Origin: an uncultured Gemmataceae bacterium
GTDB lineage: Bacteria; Planctomycetota; Planctomycetia; Gemmatales; Gemmataceae
Direction: 5' to 3'
DNA: 64,000 nucleotides
NCBI GenBank assembly: GCA_963750165.1
Contig: CAVVPN010000011.1
Span: forward strand, 1,312,001-1,376,000
The notes under the pieces: generated by a model
Database searches by the model: none
The model's input: the letters and a program-made list of their open reading frames with translations, nothing else
What the model was told of the DNA's origin: nothing
Shown: in pieces, positions 19,870 through 29,940 of the stretch
How the letters are laid out: each line of letters opens with the position of its first letter
Position numbering within the stretch: the first letter of the stretch is position 1
Made by a program: the position numbers and the translations under genes

Positions 19870-21795
19870 TCAATTCAACTCCACCGCCTCTTCCCAGTGC
19901 TCGTACAGTTGCGCCAGCCGCACCTTCACGTCCTCGAACGCCTTGGTCGTGTCCTTGACCTTGTTGGCGTCGCGGTACAGCTCCGACGACGCCAGCGCCG
20001 CCTCCAGTTCACGCAACCGCGTCTCCTCCGCGGCGATGTCCGCCTCCAGATCCTCCACCTTGCGATAGGGGAAACGCCGCTTTTTCTTGCCGCGGGCCGT
20101 CGTGTTGTTCTGCGCCGCGGCGGTCGGTGGCGGCGTGGAGCGGGCGGGTTCGGCCGGCTTGCGGGTGGTCTCGGCGGCGCGGGCCTCCTGCTGCATCGCC
20201 CGCATCCGCTCGTAGGTGTCGTAGTTGCCGTACACCACCTGCTGCGTGCCATCGCCCTCCAGCGCGATCAGCACGTCCACGACGCGGTTCAGGAAATAAC
20301 GATCGTGGCTCACCACCAGCACGGTGCCCTCAAACGCCAGCAGCGCCTGCTCCAGGGCCTCGCACGCCCACAGGTCGAGATGGTTGGTCGGCTCGTCCAG
20401 CACCAGGACGTTGACGCCCTGCGCCACCAGCCGCGCCAGCGCCGCCCGGCTGCGCTCGCCGCCGCTCAGTTTGCCGACACGCTGGAATGTTCGCTCGCCC
20501 ACCAGGCCGAAGCGGCTCAGCAGGTCACGCATCTGCTGCTCGTTGGCGTCCGCATCGTCGTGCGGCCACACCGCCCGCAGCACTGGCTTGTCCAGGTCCA
20601 GCGTCTGCAAATGCTGGTCGTAGTAGCCGAACTCCACATGATGCCCGACCTGCACACGGCCGCGATCCGGCTCCTCCTCGCCCAGCAAAATCTTCAGCAG
20701 TGTCGTCTTGCCGCTGCCGTTGGCGCCCAGAATGCCCAGCCGCTGGCCGCGGTGCAGCGTGAAACTCAGGTCCGTGAACAGCGGCCGGTCGTACGCCTTG
20801 GTCAGGTCCTCAACCTGAAACACCACATCGCCGCTGCGGCGCACCTCACCGAAGTGCATGTGCGGCGACTCGATCAGCGTCGGCCGTTCCACGCGCTCCA
20901 GGCGGTCGAGTTGCTTCTGCCGCGACGCCGCCTGCTTGTGCAACTGGCCGTAGTGAACGCGGCGGATGTACTCCTCCTGCTTGGCGATGTACTCCTGCTG
21001 GGCCTCCCACGCCTTCAACTCCTGGGCGTGGCGCTCCTGCCGCAGCCGCCAGTATTGCTGGTAGTTGCCGGGGTATGACGTCAGCCGCGCCGGCGTCATC
21101 TCGAAGACCTTCGTCACCACGCGGTCCAGGAAATAGCGGTCGTGGCTAACGATCAGCATTGCCTCGGACTGCTTCGCCAAATAATCTTCGAGCCAGCGCG
21201 TCGTGGCGATGTCGAGATGGTTGCTCGGCTCGTCGAGCAGCATCACGTCGGGCGCCGCCAGGAGCAATTTGGCCAGCATCAATCGGCTCTGCTGGCCGCC
21301 GCTGAACGTCTCCACGGGCCGCTCGTAATCGATGCGGCTGAAGCCGAGGCCGTCCAGGATGTGCTCGATGCGGTGATCGACGTTGTAGGCGTCGTGGTGG
21401 CGCAGCAACTCGTTGAGGCGGTCATAGCGGGCCGCCAAACTCTTGCGCTCGGCCTCGTCGGTGGCCTTCGCCAGCGCCTCGGCGGTGTGAACCATGTCGT
21501 CGTGGGCGGCGACCAGCTCGTCGAGCGCGGTACGGGCCTCGGCGAACAGAGTGCGGCCGGGCGGGAACTCCGGCTGCTGACGCAGCAGCGTGACGCGAGC
21601 GCCGGCGTGGTGCCGTACCTCGCCGGTGTCCGGTTGGTCGAGGCCGGCGAGGATGCGCAGCAGGGTCGTCTTGCCCACACCATTGGGGCCGACCAGGCCG
21701 ACCCGTTCGCCGTGGTACAGCTCAAAACCGAGCTGTTCAAACAGGGGGCCACGGTCGAAACCGCGCGACAGGTTCGAGCAACTTAATAACAGCAT
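19870..21795 (-). CDS. ABC-F family ATP-binding protein (Uup/YdiF-like)
   Basis: Two ABC domains (GPNGVGKT, GANGSGKT, LDEPSNHLD, LDEPTNHLD), no TM segments, coiled-coil tail. Confidence 0.95.
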   Translation of the reverse strand: MLLLSCSNLSRGFDRGPLFEQLGFELYHGERVGLVGPNGVGKTTLLRILAGLDQPDTGEVRHHAGARVTLLRQQPEFPPGRTLFAEARTALDELVAAHDDMVHTAEALAKATDEAERKSLAARYDRLNELLRHHDAYNVDHRIEHILDGLGFSRIDYERPVETFSGGQQSRLMLAKLLLAAPDVMLLDEPSNHLDIATTRWLEDYLAKQSEAMLIVSHDRYFLDRVVTKVFEMTPARLTSYPGNYQQYWRLRQERHAQELKAWEAQQEYIAKQEEYIRRVHYGQLHKQAASRQKQLDRLERVERPTLIESPHMHFGEVRRSGDVVFQVEDLTKAYDRPLFTDLSFTLHRGQRLGILGANGSGKTTLLKILLGEEEPDRGRVQVGHHVEFGYYDQHLQTLDLDKPVLRAVWPHDDADANEQQMRDLLSRFGLVGERTFQRVGKLSGGERSRAALARLVAQGVNVLVLDEPTNHLDLWACEALEQALLAFEGTVLVVSHDRYFLNRVVDVLIALEGDGTQQVVYGNYDTYERMRAMQQEARAAETTRKPAEPARSTPPPTAAAQNNTTARGKKKRRFPYRKVEDLEADIAAEETRLRELEAALASSELYRDANKVKDTTKAFEDVKVRLAQLYEHWEEAVELN

Positions 21796-21802
21796 GTTGG
21801 AC

Positions 21803-22802
21803 TTATTGCTTGACCACCAGGGCGGGAGCAGTCAGGAACAGGTCGATGTAGGGGCGATCCGCCACCGCTGTCCGCGCTTGCCGGAAGCGGACCACGGCCT
21901 CGCGGCGGTTGGCGTCGCCGTCGAACCAGAGTTGATACGCCGACAGGAACAGCAGGGTCGTGTCCTGTGGTTGTTTGGCGAGCCGGTCGTGCAGCAGCGC
22001 CAGCTGGGCGTCGTACTCCGCCTCCTGTCCCTGATACAACCGCTGTCGGGGATGGAAATCGGAGCGGGGCCAGTTTTTGTTGTGCCGCAGCCCGGCGCGG
22101 ATCGCGGCCAGTGCCTGCGGATACTTGCCCAGGGCGAAACGGGCCTGGGCCAGCAGGAAATGGGCCTCGGCGAACTGGTCCTTGACCTGGGTGGCCTGCT
22201 CGAAGCGCAGCGCCGCCAGGCCGAACTCCTGCTCCTTGAACGCGGCCAACCCCTCTTCCGCCAGGCGCACCTGCACCTCCCTGGCGCCCGCGACTTGCTG
22301 CCGGGGCGGCGGCGGCCCCTCGACCTTGAGCTTGGGTTTGGGGGCAGGCGGCAGGTCCTCGGGCCGCAGCGGCTTCTTCGGTTTGGACACGTCCACGCCG
22401 GGCACCTTGAAGGCCGGCTCCGGCGGCTTGATTCGCGGCTCCTCGACAGGTTTTTTCTTGACCGGTATCAGGTCGAGATCAACGCCGGCAATCGCGTCTG
22501 CCTCCGACTGGCGCGGCCTGCGGCGGCGGGAGCAGGGGCGGCGGCGGTGGGTAGTAGTTGACGATGACGCGCGTGCTGATGCTGGGGTAGAAGCCGCCGC
22601 CGTAAAAACCGCTGGCGTAGTAGCGACTGCCGAGGAAACCGCCGATGCCCAGGTGGCCGCGCTGGTACGAAAAGCCGATGCCGCCACCGCCGCTGTAGCC
22701 GTAGCCGCTCTGGTAGCCGTAAGGGATCAGAACCTGGGCGCGCAGGGGGCCACAGGTGATGGTGAGCGCGATCAGGGCGAGCCATCCGCGTGCGTGGTTC
22801 AT
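21803..22802 (-). CDS. Secreted TPR protein, frameshift near 22500
   Basis: Signal peptide plus Gly/Tyr-rich N-terminus (22479-22802) continues into a Pro-rich linker and TPR helices (AHFLLAQARFALGKY). Confidence 0.7.
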
Positions 22803-22911
22803 GCGAGTGCCCCTTTCGATGGCCCAAAAGCTGGTGACGGACTCATGATGGGATTATCGGTTGTGCCACGGGTGCGTGCAAGGCGGATGTGTGCGATTTT
22901 GCGCGTCGGCT

Positions 22912-23195
22912 TCAGGGAAGCAGTTCGTACACCACGCGAAAGCCGAAGTGGAACATCGACGAACGCGGGCTGAACGACGCGCGTTCGGTCGAATTCAACG
23001 CTTCGGGCACGTCCGCGAAGCTGTAACTGCGGATGACCTGCAAGCCGCCCTGCACGCGCACCAGCGGGTTGGTCGCCTGGCCCGTCGGCAGGTCCTCCAC
23101 CAGCGAGTCCAGGCAGTATTCACAGACGTTGCCGTGCATGTCGTACAGGCCCCAGGCGTTGGGCCGCTTTCGCCCGACCGGGTGCGACTGACAAA
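22912..23195 (-). pseudogene. C-terminal fragment of a formylglycine-generating enzyme (SUMF1/FGE-sulfatase) domain
   Basis: HPVGRKRPNAWGLYDMHGNVCEYC...GFRVV with no credible N-terminus. Confidence 0.75.
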
Positions 23196-23229
23196 GTCGA
23201 TCCGTTGGGTCAAGAGATTGTAATGCGGA

Positions 23230-23362
23230 CTGCCGCGCCGCAGTGTGCTCAGCAAGTCGGCAAAGGCGGGCTCGGCCTTCTGTTTGTACCAGGGCCGATC
23301 CGGGAAGCGCACCTGGGCGTGCCCCACCTGGTGAAACCAGACCACGACCAGGCTGTAGGCCA
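23230..23362 (-). mobile_element. Transposase C-terminal remnant (IS701/IS4-like DDE)
   Basis: YSLVVVWF...RPWYKQKAEPAFADLLSTLRR resembles the PWY..K..P.FAD.L..LRR tail of such transposases; truncated at the MITE. Confidence 0.6.
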
Positions 23363-23517
23363 CCAGTGTTTCCGCTCACAATTCCTGCAATGAATTCGGA
23401 AAGCAATGACAAGCAACTGTCAGCGTCTTTTCCCAGGGAATGCAGGGATTTCAGCGAGTGGCATGGACCTGCCACCGAGCCCGAATTCGTTGCAGGAATT
23501 GTGAGTGGAAACACTGG
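23363..23517. mobile_element. 155-bp MITE-like element with 37-bp terminal inverted repeats
   Basis: CCAGTGTTTCCGCTCACAATTCCTGCAATGAATTCGG versus the reverse complement of 23481-23517, two mismatches; no ORF. Confidence 0.75.
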
Positions 23518-23545
23518 CGGACAAAATTGCTTGCCCGTCTCGAGC

Positions 23546-23601
23546 CGTAGCCGCAAACTTTAGTTTGCGTTCGGCTGGCGCAGGCTAAAGCCTGCGGCTA
23601 C
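23546..23601. repeat. GTAG-type REP doublet
   Basis: GTAGCCGCAAACTTTAGTTTGCG...CGCAGGCTAAAGCCTGCGGCTAC. Confidence 0.75.
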
Positions 23602-23640
23602 AGAGTTTTCTCCGCCAGCTCTTATCAATCTCCACCGCCT

Positions 23641-24418
23641 TCACGCCTGCTTCTTGCCGGACAGCCGCGGCGACCGCGGAAAGTGCGGCGCCGGCAAGCT
23701 GGCCGGGCCGTCGAGGCGGAAGGTCTTGCCCGCGACGCGCCCCGGTTCGGGTCGGACGAACGGTAACAGAATCGGCCCATCGGCTGCCGTCAGCCGCTCC
23801 GCCCGGCGGCGCTGACGCTGTTGCCGCCGGCGGGCCTCCTGAAAGCCCACGTCGTCCCACAATTTCGTCAGTTCCGGGCAACGGGGCAGGTGGAAACGCG
23901 CCGCTTGCAGTGCCCGGCGCCTCCCGCCACCGTCCCGCCCGGCAGAGGCCGCGCACCACCAGCGCCAGGATGCGCCGATCCGCGGGGGCCAGCGTCAGCG
24001 CCTGCCGCAGACACTTCAGCCCCTGATCGCGGTCGCCCTGCCTCAGCAGCAGCCTGCCGAGCACGGCCCGGTAGCGCGGCCGGCACGGGGCCAACTCGGT
24101 GGCGCTGCGAGCGTGTTCGGTAGCGCGAATGACATTGCCCTGGCCGCGGGCGACGAGGGTCAGCAGGAAGTGGCTGTGGGCGTGCTGCGGGCGCATGACG
24201 AGGATGGCGGTCAGGTGGTGCCGGGCAGCCCCGTAGCGGCGCTGGCGCAGGAACGACCGGGCCAGGCGTACCCGCACCGCCAGCGCCGCTGCGGCCGGCA
24301 ACTGACGGAACGCGGCCACGCGCGTCAACAGTTGATGGGCCGGCTGGCGGCAGCCCAGGTGTTCCAGACGACGGACGTTTGCCAGAAGTTGATCGAACAG
24401 CCGAAGTGGTTCGCTCAT
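23641..24418 (-). CDS. TPR protein, frameshift near 23920
   Basis: TPR-like helices from MSEPLRLFD; continues in the 23641-23862 frame. Confidence 0.6.
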
Positions 24419-24658
24419 GTGCGCTGCCTCCATGCAGCGGAGAATGGCGAGGTGTTCCGAAAGGGCGATTATAGCCAGCGGCGCCAGCGCCACAAGACGA
24501 GAATCGTTGCACCTCCCACGTCGGAAAAGTCGCCCGCGCTTGCCCCGGTCCCGCAAACCGGTCGGGCGCGTCAACTCGGCGCGCCGCCGGCACGCTTTGC
24601 CCTGGCGGAGCGGCCGCGGTCGCGATACAGTCATGGGATGCAACGGAGGACGGACCAC

Positions 24659-25513
24659 ATGCATTCCACGATCCTGCCCACCCCCCGCCGCCCCCGGGCG
24701 CTGGCCCGGCTGATCGCCGGCGCCTTGACCCTGGCCGTGCTCGCGGCCGTGCTGCTCGGCGCGGCGCCGGCCCAGGTGCCCGACAAGGCCAAGGGCCTCA
24801 AGACCAACCAGGCCACCAAGCGCAACAACGGCAGCGCCGGCGTGCTGACCGGCGCCGTCTGTTTATTCAACCTGTTCGTCGATGACAAGGAATCGCACTG
24901 GACCAGGGCGGAGCGCGACCAGGTGCGCGGCCGGTTGATGGCGGCGACCACCTTCCTGGACCTGCACGCCCGCAAGTACAACAAAAAGGTCAGCTTCACC
25001 GTGGCCTACCAGGACGGCCTCAAGTACGAGGCGGGACTGCCGACCGACATGTTCGTGGACCCGTCCTGGACCGAAGCGGTGCTGCGCCTGACCGGTGCCG
25101 TCAGCGGCAACGCCCTGGTGAAGCGGCTCAAGCAGCAGCACGGCGCCGAGCACGTCCTGCTGCTCATCCACGTCAACAAAAACGCCACCTCATACAGCCT
25201 GTCGTACTATGACAACATCGACCAGACTTACAGCGCCGAGCGTGTCGTGTGCTTCAACCGCTACGCCGACGGCCGGCCGTCCGCGGCGGCGACCTACGCT
25301 CATGAAATCCTGCACGGCTTCGGTGCCGGCGAGCTGTACTTCCCCTTCGACGAGAACGGCCAGCGCAAGCAACTCGGCAAGAAATGGTTCCCCAATGACG
25401 TGATGCAGCGTGTCGATTACAACATCGACGTGCTCAACGTCGGGGCGTACACGGCCTACCGCGTCGGCTGGCTAAACCGGCTGGCGGATGAGTACAAGAT
25501 GTTCGAGGACTGA
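24659..25513 (+). CDS. Secreted zincin-like metallopeptidase
   Basis: Signal/TM segment; AHEILHGFGAGELY (HExxH) followed by DVM. Confidence 0.7.
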   Translation: MHSTILPTPRRPRALARLIAGALTLAVLAAVLLGAAPAQVPDKAKGLKTNQATKRNNGSAGVLTGAVCLFNLFVDDKESHWTRAERDQVRGRLMAATTFLDLHARKYNKKVSFTVAYQDGLKYEAGLPTDMFVDPSWTEAVLRLTGAVSGNALVKRLKQQHGAEHVLLLIHVNKNATSYSLSYYDNIDQTYSAERVVCFNRYADGRPSAAATYAHEILHGFGAGELYFPFDENGQRKQLGKKWFPNDVMQRVDYNIDVLNVGAYTAYRVGWLNRLADEYKMFED

Positions 25514-25516
25514 GCC

Positions 25517-26029
25517 ATGAGCGACGCCAACGTGGCCCTGGCGCGACGCTGGTTTGAGGAAGTCTGGAACCAGCGCCGTGGCGACACCATCGACGAACTG
25601 CTGACGCCCGAGAGTGTCTGTCACTCTCCGGCTGGCGTGCTGGAAGGGCCGGAGGGGTTCAGGAGCAACATTCACGGGCCGTTCCTGCGGGCCTTCTCCG
25701 ACATTGACGCCCAGGTGGAAGATGTGATCGCCCAGGGCGACACGGTGGTCGTGCGCTGGCACACCACGGTGACGCACACCGGCCACGGTCTCGGTTTCCC
25801 GCCGTCGGGGCGGCGCGTGTCGGTGCGCGGCATGACGTGGTTTCGCTTCGAGGCCGGCAAGATGATGGAGGGCTGGGATTGCTGGAACCTGGATGGCTTC
25901 CTCAAGGCGCTGGGGCGCCGGCGCCCGACCAGGTGGCGTGAAGTCGGCGGGGGTGCGTCATGGCGTGGCGACAACGGGTGTGGCTCGGTCTGCCGCCGCT
26001 GTTGCTGTGCGCTCTGGACGGCGCTCTGA
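25517..26029 (+). CDS. SnoaL-like ester cyclase (true end possibly near 25941 if frameshifted)
   Basis: NVALARRWFEEVWN...EDVIAQGDTVVVRW..THTG..GFPPSGRRV. Confidence 0.85.
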   Translation: MSDANVALARRWFEEVWNQRRGDTIDELLTPESVCHSPAGVLEGPEGFRSNIHGPFLRAFSDIDAQVEDVIAQGDTVVVRWHTTVTHTGHGLGFPPSGRRVSVRGMTWFRFEAGKMMEGWDCWNLDGFLKALGRRRPTRWREVGGGASWRGDNGCGSVCRRCCCALWTAL

Positions 26030-26430
26030 CGCTGGCGGGCCAGCCTGCGGCGTACTGGCAGGGCGACCGCGCCGCCGCCCGGGAACTGAACCCGCTCTTC
26101 GACCTGCTGCTGCGTTACGACCCGGGCGTGGCCGTGGCCGGACTGGTTGTCTGGCTGGTCATGATCGCCCTGGCGGTGCTGCTGCTGCCGGGGCGGTCGG
26201 CGTTCCTGGCGGCGTTCGCGTGTGCGTTCGGCCACGCCTGCGGGGCGGCCAGCTGGATGGTTACGCTGGGAGTGCCGGGCTGGGTGCTGGCGGTGCTGCT
26301 GCTCATCGCGGCGGAGCGACTGGTGGCGCTGTCCTGGCGAGCGGCGCGGCGTCAGGCCGCCGGTGATGGCACTACCGGCGGGCTGACGCCGCGCCGCTCG
26401 CCGAGTCATTCGCCAAACTGGGATCAGTAA
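25960..26430 (+). CDS. Hypothetical membrane protein
   Basis: LDGALTLAGQ..YW...ELNP, four TM segments. Confidence 0.6.
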   Translation: MAWRQRVWLGLPPLLLCALDGALTLAGQPAAYWQGDRAAARELNPLFDLLLRYDPGVAVAGLVVWLVMIALAVLLLPGRSAFLAAFACAFGHACGAASWMVTLGVPGWVLAVLLLIAAERLVALSWRAARRQAAGDGTTGGLTPRRSPSHSPNWDQ

Positions 26431-26471
26431 AAGTCAAAGAGACGACCCCGGCCTGATGGCGGCGCTGCGAC

Positions 26472-26789
26472 TCACGCGGCATTGGCCGGCCGAATCCAGT
26501 CCTGCGGCGGCCAGGGCTGCTCGTCGGCGGTCTCGGTGCGGGCGGCGTGCAATTCCTCCAACCGCAGGTGCAGCCGTCGCAGTTCGCGCAGGATGGCGTC
26601 GAGTTGCAGACCGACCTCGTCCGCCAGGACCGTGGCCGACGGCACCGCCGCGGCCGGCTCCGGCTCGGCCTCGGACAGCGGCGCAGGCCGGACCAGGGCC
26701 TTCAACTTCCGCACCAGCGCCGACGGCAGGCAGCGCTTTGCCCCTTGCCGGCAGCCGCGCAGCACTCGAACCATCAGGCCCTTTCCCAT
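26472..26789 (-). CDS. Hypothetical protein
   Basis: AGGAG RBS; coiled-coil LDAILRELRRL; downstream of the glycosyltransferase. Confidence 0.55.
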   Translation of the reverse strand: MGKGLMVRVLRGCRQGAKRCLPSALVRKLKALVRPAPLSEAEPEPAAAVPSATVLADEVGLQLDAILRELRRLHLRLEELHAARTETADEQPWPPQDWIRPANAA

Positions 26790-26841
26790 GCTCGTTCTCC
26801 TTTCTCATTCACGAACCGGACACCCACTGCCGGACCCTTTC

Positions 26842-28620
26842 TCAGGCACTCGCCCGCAGCGACGGCTTGCACGACGCCGCCACCTGTTCGATCAATTCAA
26901 CGTAGTCCGATCCCGGCGGGATGGCGTGGATGCGGTCGCGGTGGGCCGGCAGGGCGACCCGCAGCCGCCCGGCCACGGCGGCGTCCGGGACGACGACCGC
27001 GTGGGCGTGCGTGAAGACGCGGCGATTCAGGTCCAGCCCCGCAACCGCTGCGGGGTCGCCGCGCAGTAGCTGACCGGCGCGACGCCGCCGTTGTCGCTCC
27101 GACAGGTCGGGCCGGCAGTACGCCAGTTCGCGCAGCAAATGGGCCAGGGCGTCGCCCTGCCAGCGCCCGTATGCCGTCTGGAACGCGGCCAGCCCCGGCT
27201 CGTGCAGCGTCACGATGCCGGGGTGGCGGATCAGCGTCTCATAAACGAAGGCGAAGGCGTCCGAGTCGCCGAGCTGGTACAGGATCGCGTGGTAGTTCCA
27301 GGCGCGGTGCTGGCGCTCGAACAGGCGGTGGTCGAAAGCGGCCAGGCCGCTGTCCGTCAGGGCGGCCTGCGGTATCGGGCCGCGCTCGTGGTACAGGTGG
27401 ATGGTGTAACGCCGCCGCAGGTTCGCCAGCAGCGCCAGCGTGTGGTCCGCCGTGGCCATGTGCCGCGGCGGCAGCGGCGCGAACATCGCCAGCAATGGCC
27501 GCGGCGCCGGGGGCCGCGGCAGCGACCGCAGCGCCTCGCGCACGCGCCGCACCGGCTCCGGCCAGTCGCAGTCCCGCGCTCGCTCCGGGCCGCGCCGCCG
27601 CAGGTCCGCCGCCAGCGCCGGGTCAGTGAGCAGTCGGCCGAGCTGCGCCGCCGTGTGGGCGTCGTCGCCAGCCTGGCACGGCAGGATAGCGTCAGCCGCC
27701 GCCTCGGCCGGGGCCGTGGCGCTCGCCGCCAGCACCGGGGCGCCGTGCTGCAACGCCTCCAGCACGGGCAGCCCGAATGCCGCGCCGGGTGGCACGCAGG
27801 CGAACGCGGCGCAGCGCCGGTAGGCGGCGCGGCGTTGCGACTCGGTGGCGGCGTTGACCACAACCAGGCGGTCGGCCAGGCCGTGACGATCCGCCAGTTC
27901 CCGCAGGTTGTGCAGGTCGCCGCGACAGGTATCACAGACCACGACCAGCTGGTGAGTGGTCCGCACCGGCTCCGCCAGGCGGGCAAAGGCGCGGCACAGA
28001 ACTTCGCAGTCCCGGCTGGGATTGGCCCCGGCAGCAGTCAACACGAACGGCCCACGGATGCCGAGCGCTTCCAGGCAGTCGAGCGACTCAGCCGCCGCGC
28101 CGGGTTGTGGGCCGACGGCCAGCCCGATGTTAGCCACCCGGCCGGGCGGTACGCCGAGGGCCGCCAGCACGTCGCGCCGCGCGATTTCGGAGGTGGTCAG
28201 CAGCCGGTCGTACTGCCGCAGGCGCTCGACGCGCTCGCGGTAACCGGGCAACCCCATCGGCCCGCCGCCGAGATCGCAGACCAGGGCGAGCAGGGCCGGC
28301 CGGCAGGTCGGCCGCACCGGTGGGAGGTAGCCAGCCGCCGTGCTGAACGGAGCGGTGACCAGGTAGGCGTCCAGGTCGTCGGGGTTGCGTTCCACCAGAT
28401 GTTGCGCGACCATCGCCAGCGGCCCGGCCCCGGTGAGCAACCGCACCTCTGCCCGGCCGCCGCCGCGGGCCAAACCGCCGAAACGGTCATGGAAGTACAG
28501 GACGTACTGGTGGGCGGAATCGGCCAGCAGGGCCTCGGCGAGCGCGTCCACGTATCGACTGACGCCAGCCCCACGGCCGTCGGCATCCTGACTGCCGATC
28601 ATGTCGATTCCCATGCGCAT
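26842..28620 (-). CDS. Glycosyltransferase family 4 (GT-B) plus partial second GT domain
   Basis: MRMGID...GVSRY start; FGLPVLEALQHGAPV; second domain FAPLPP..ADHT, YQLGDS, LHE. Confidence 0.85.
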   Translation of the reverse strand: MRMGIDMIGSQDADGRGAGVSRYVDALAEALLADSAHQYVLYFHDRFGGLARGGGRAEVRLLTGAGPLAMVAQHLVERNPDDLDAYLVTAPFSTAAGYLPPVRPTCRPALLALVCDLGGGPMGLPGYRERVERLRQYDRLLTTSEIARRDVLAALGVPPGRVANIGLAVGPQPGAAAESLDCLEALGIRGPFVLTAAGANPSRDCEVLCRAFARLAEPVRTTHQLVVVCDTCRGDLHNLRELADRHGLADRLVVVNAATESQRRAAYRRCAAFACVPPGAAFGLPVLEALQHGAPVLAASATAPAEAAADAILPCQAGDDAHTAAQLGRLLTDPALAADLRRRGPERARDCDWPEPVRRVREALRSLPRPPAPRPLLAMFAPLPPRHMATADHTLALLANLRRRYTIHLYHERGPIPQAALTDSGLAAFDHRLFERQHRAWNYHAILYQLGDSDAFAFVYETLIRHPGIVTLHEPGLAAFQTAYGRWQGDALAHLLRELAYCRPDLSERQRRRRAGQLLRGDPAAVAGLDLNRRVFTHAHAVVVPDAAVAGRLRVALPAHRDRIHAIPPGSDYVELIEQVAASCKPSLRASA

Positions 28621-28823
28621 CAGCCACCCGGGGCCGAACTCGGAGACGACAGCGGTTTTCCTGGGGGAAGATTAAGATAATTTATCGGCAACTGAACGGG
28701 GTAGGCATCAGTCAATCCCGGGCGATGAACGGGCCCGTTCCCGTTTCGCCTGCACAAGGTGCGGGCGTTTCGCCTGCATTCCGGTTCCGCATGCGAGACG
28801 CCCGCACCACGAGCAAGTTGGGT

Positions 28824-29102
28824 TCAGGGAGCCCGGCTGGGGGTCAGGGCGCGCATGATGCCGACGAAGACGCAGGCACCGACGAACGCCACGACGATGC
28901 TGCCCCAGAAGCCGATGTCGCCCACCGTGAACAGCGAGAAAATCAGCCCGCCGACGAAGGCGCCGACCAGGCCCACAATGATGTCCAGGATGATCCCGAA
29001 GCCGCCGCCTTGCATGAACAGCCCGGCCAGCCAGCCGGCCACCAGACCCACCACCAACCAGCTAATGACGCCGCCCGGTGTGAGTAGGACTTCCGCGAAC
29101 AT
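28824..29102 (-). CDS. GlsB/YeaQ/YmgE family stress membrane protein
   Basis: ISWLVVGLVAGWLAG..GGGFGIILDIIVGLVGAFVGG; GGAGG RBS. Confidence 0.9.
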   Translation of the reverse strand: MFAEVLLTPGGVISWLVVGLVAGWLAGLFMQGGGFGIILDIIVGLVGAFVGGLIFSLFTVGDIGFWGSIVVAFVGACVFVGIMRALTPSRAP

Positions 29103-29181
29103 GATTTGCCTCCCATGATTCGGTTCCGTTTGGGTGTCGCCCACCTCGACCCCCGAGGCGGGATTCCCTGTAGATTTACTG

Positions 29182-29198
29182 TGCAAACGGGGTGCCGG
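29182..29198 (-). promoter_or_regulatory. Putative sigma54 promoter for the GlsB-family gene
   Basis: Minus strand reads CCGGCACCCCGTTTGCA (GG-N10-GC). Confidence 0.55.
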
Positions 29199-29295
29199 AG
29201 CAGCGCTCGCCGGGAAGAGCCCATTGCGGGATGGCGTCCCGGTCCTACGATACCCCTGGCGAGAATCCAGCGGTGACGGCGACGAGGGCCCGAAG

Positions 29296-29892
29296 ATGAC
29301 GATGCACGCCTGGCACGATGTGACGCCCGGGGAGCACCTGCCCACAGAGTTCACGGCGGTGGTGGAGATCCCGATGGGCTCCAGCGTCAAGTACGAGCTG
29401 GACAAGGAGACGGGCATGTTGCGGCTGGACCGCATCCTGTACTCGGCGGTCTTTTACCCGGCCAACTATGGCTTCATCCCGCAGACTCTGGCGGAGGACG
29501 ACGACCCGCTGGACGTGCTGGTGCTGTGCCAGGAGTCGGTGGCGCCGCTGACGCTGGTCAGCGCCCGCGCCATCGGCCTGATGACGATGGTGGACAGCGG
29601 TAAGAAGGACCACAAAGTTCTGGCCGTGGCGGTGGACGATCCGGAGTACAACGGCTTCCGCGAGGCAGCCGAGCTGCCCGGCCACCGCCTGACGATGCTG
29701 CGCCGCTTCTTCCAGGACTACAAGACGCTGGAGGGCAAGGCAGTCGAGGTGGACGACCTGCAACCGGCCGCGGCCTGCCTGTCGGTGATCGAGGACGCTC
29801 TGGCCCGCTACAGCGCCCACCGCCGCCGCGGGTTTCGCAAGTCGCACAAGCCGCCCGCCGACGGGGAAGAAGGGTTGCAGATTGCAGATTGA
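29296..29892 (+). CDS. ppa: Inorganic pyrophosphatase
   Basis: VEIPMGSSVKYELDK, YPANYGFIPQT, DDDPLDVLV, FFQDYK. Confidence 0.95.
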   Translation: MTMHAWHDVTPGEHLPTEFTAVVEIPMGSSVKYELDKETGMLRLDRILYSAVFYPANYGFIPQTLAEDDDPLDVLVLCQESVAPLTLVSARAIGLMTMVDSGKKDHKVLAVAVDDPEYNGFREAAELPGHRLTMLRRFFQDYKTLEGKAVEVDDLQPAAACLSVIEDALARYSAHRRRGFRKSHKPPADGEEGLQIAD

Positions 29893-29940
29893 AAGATAGA
29901 CAGGTTACTGTCTTTCCATCTGCAATCTCAAATCTGCAAT
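29875..29940. repeat. Heptamer-based inverted repeat between convergent genes
   Basis: TTGCAGA TTGCAGA TTGAAAGA ... TCTGCAA TCTCAAA TCTGCAA. Confidence 0.6.

Noticed and set aside
22912..23195. Possible diversity-generating retroelement target or template (FGE/CLec fold)
   Set aside because: No reverse transcriptase and no second near-identical copy differing at adenines in this window.
23366..23385. Similarity to the lac operator (GTGTTTCCGCTCACAATTCC)
   Set aside because: It is part of a 37-bp inverted repeat present at both ends of the element, with no flanking vector sequence. Treated as coincidence, not contamination.
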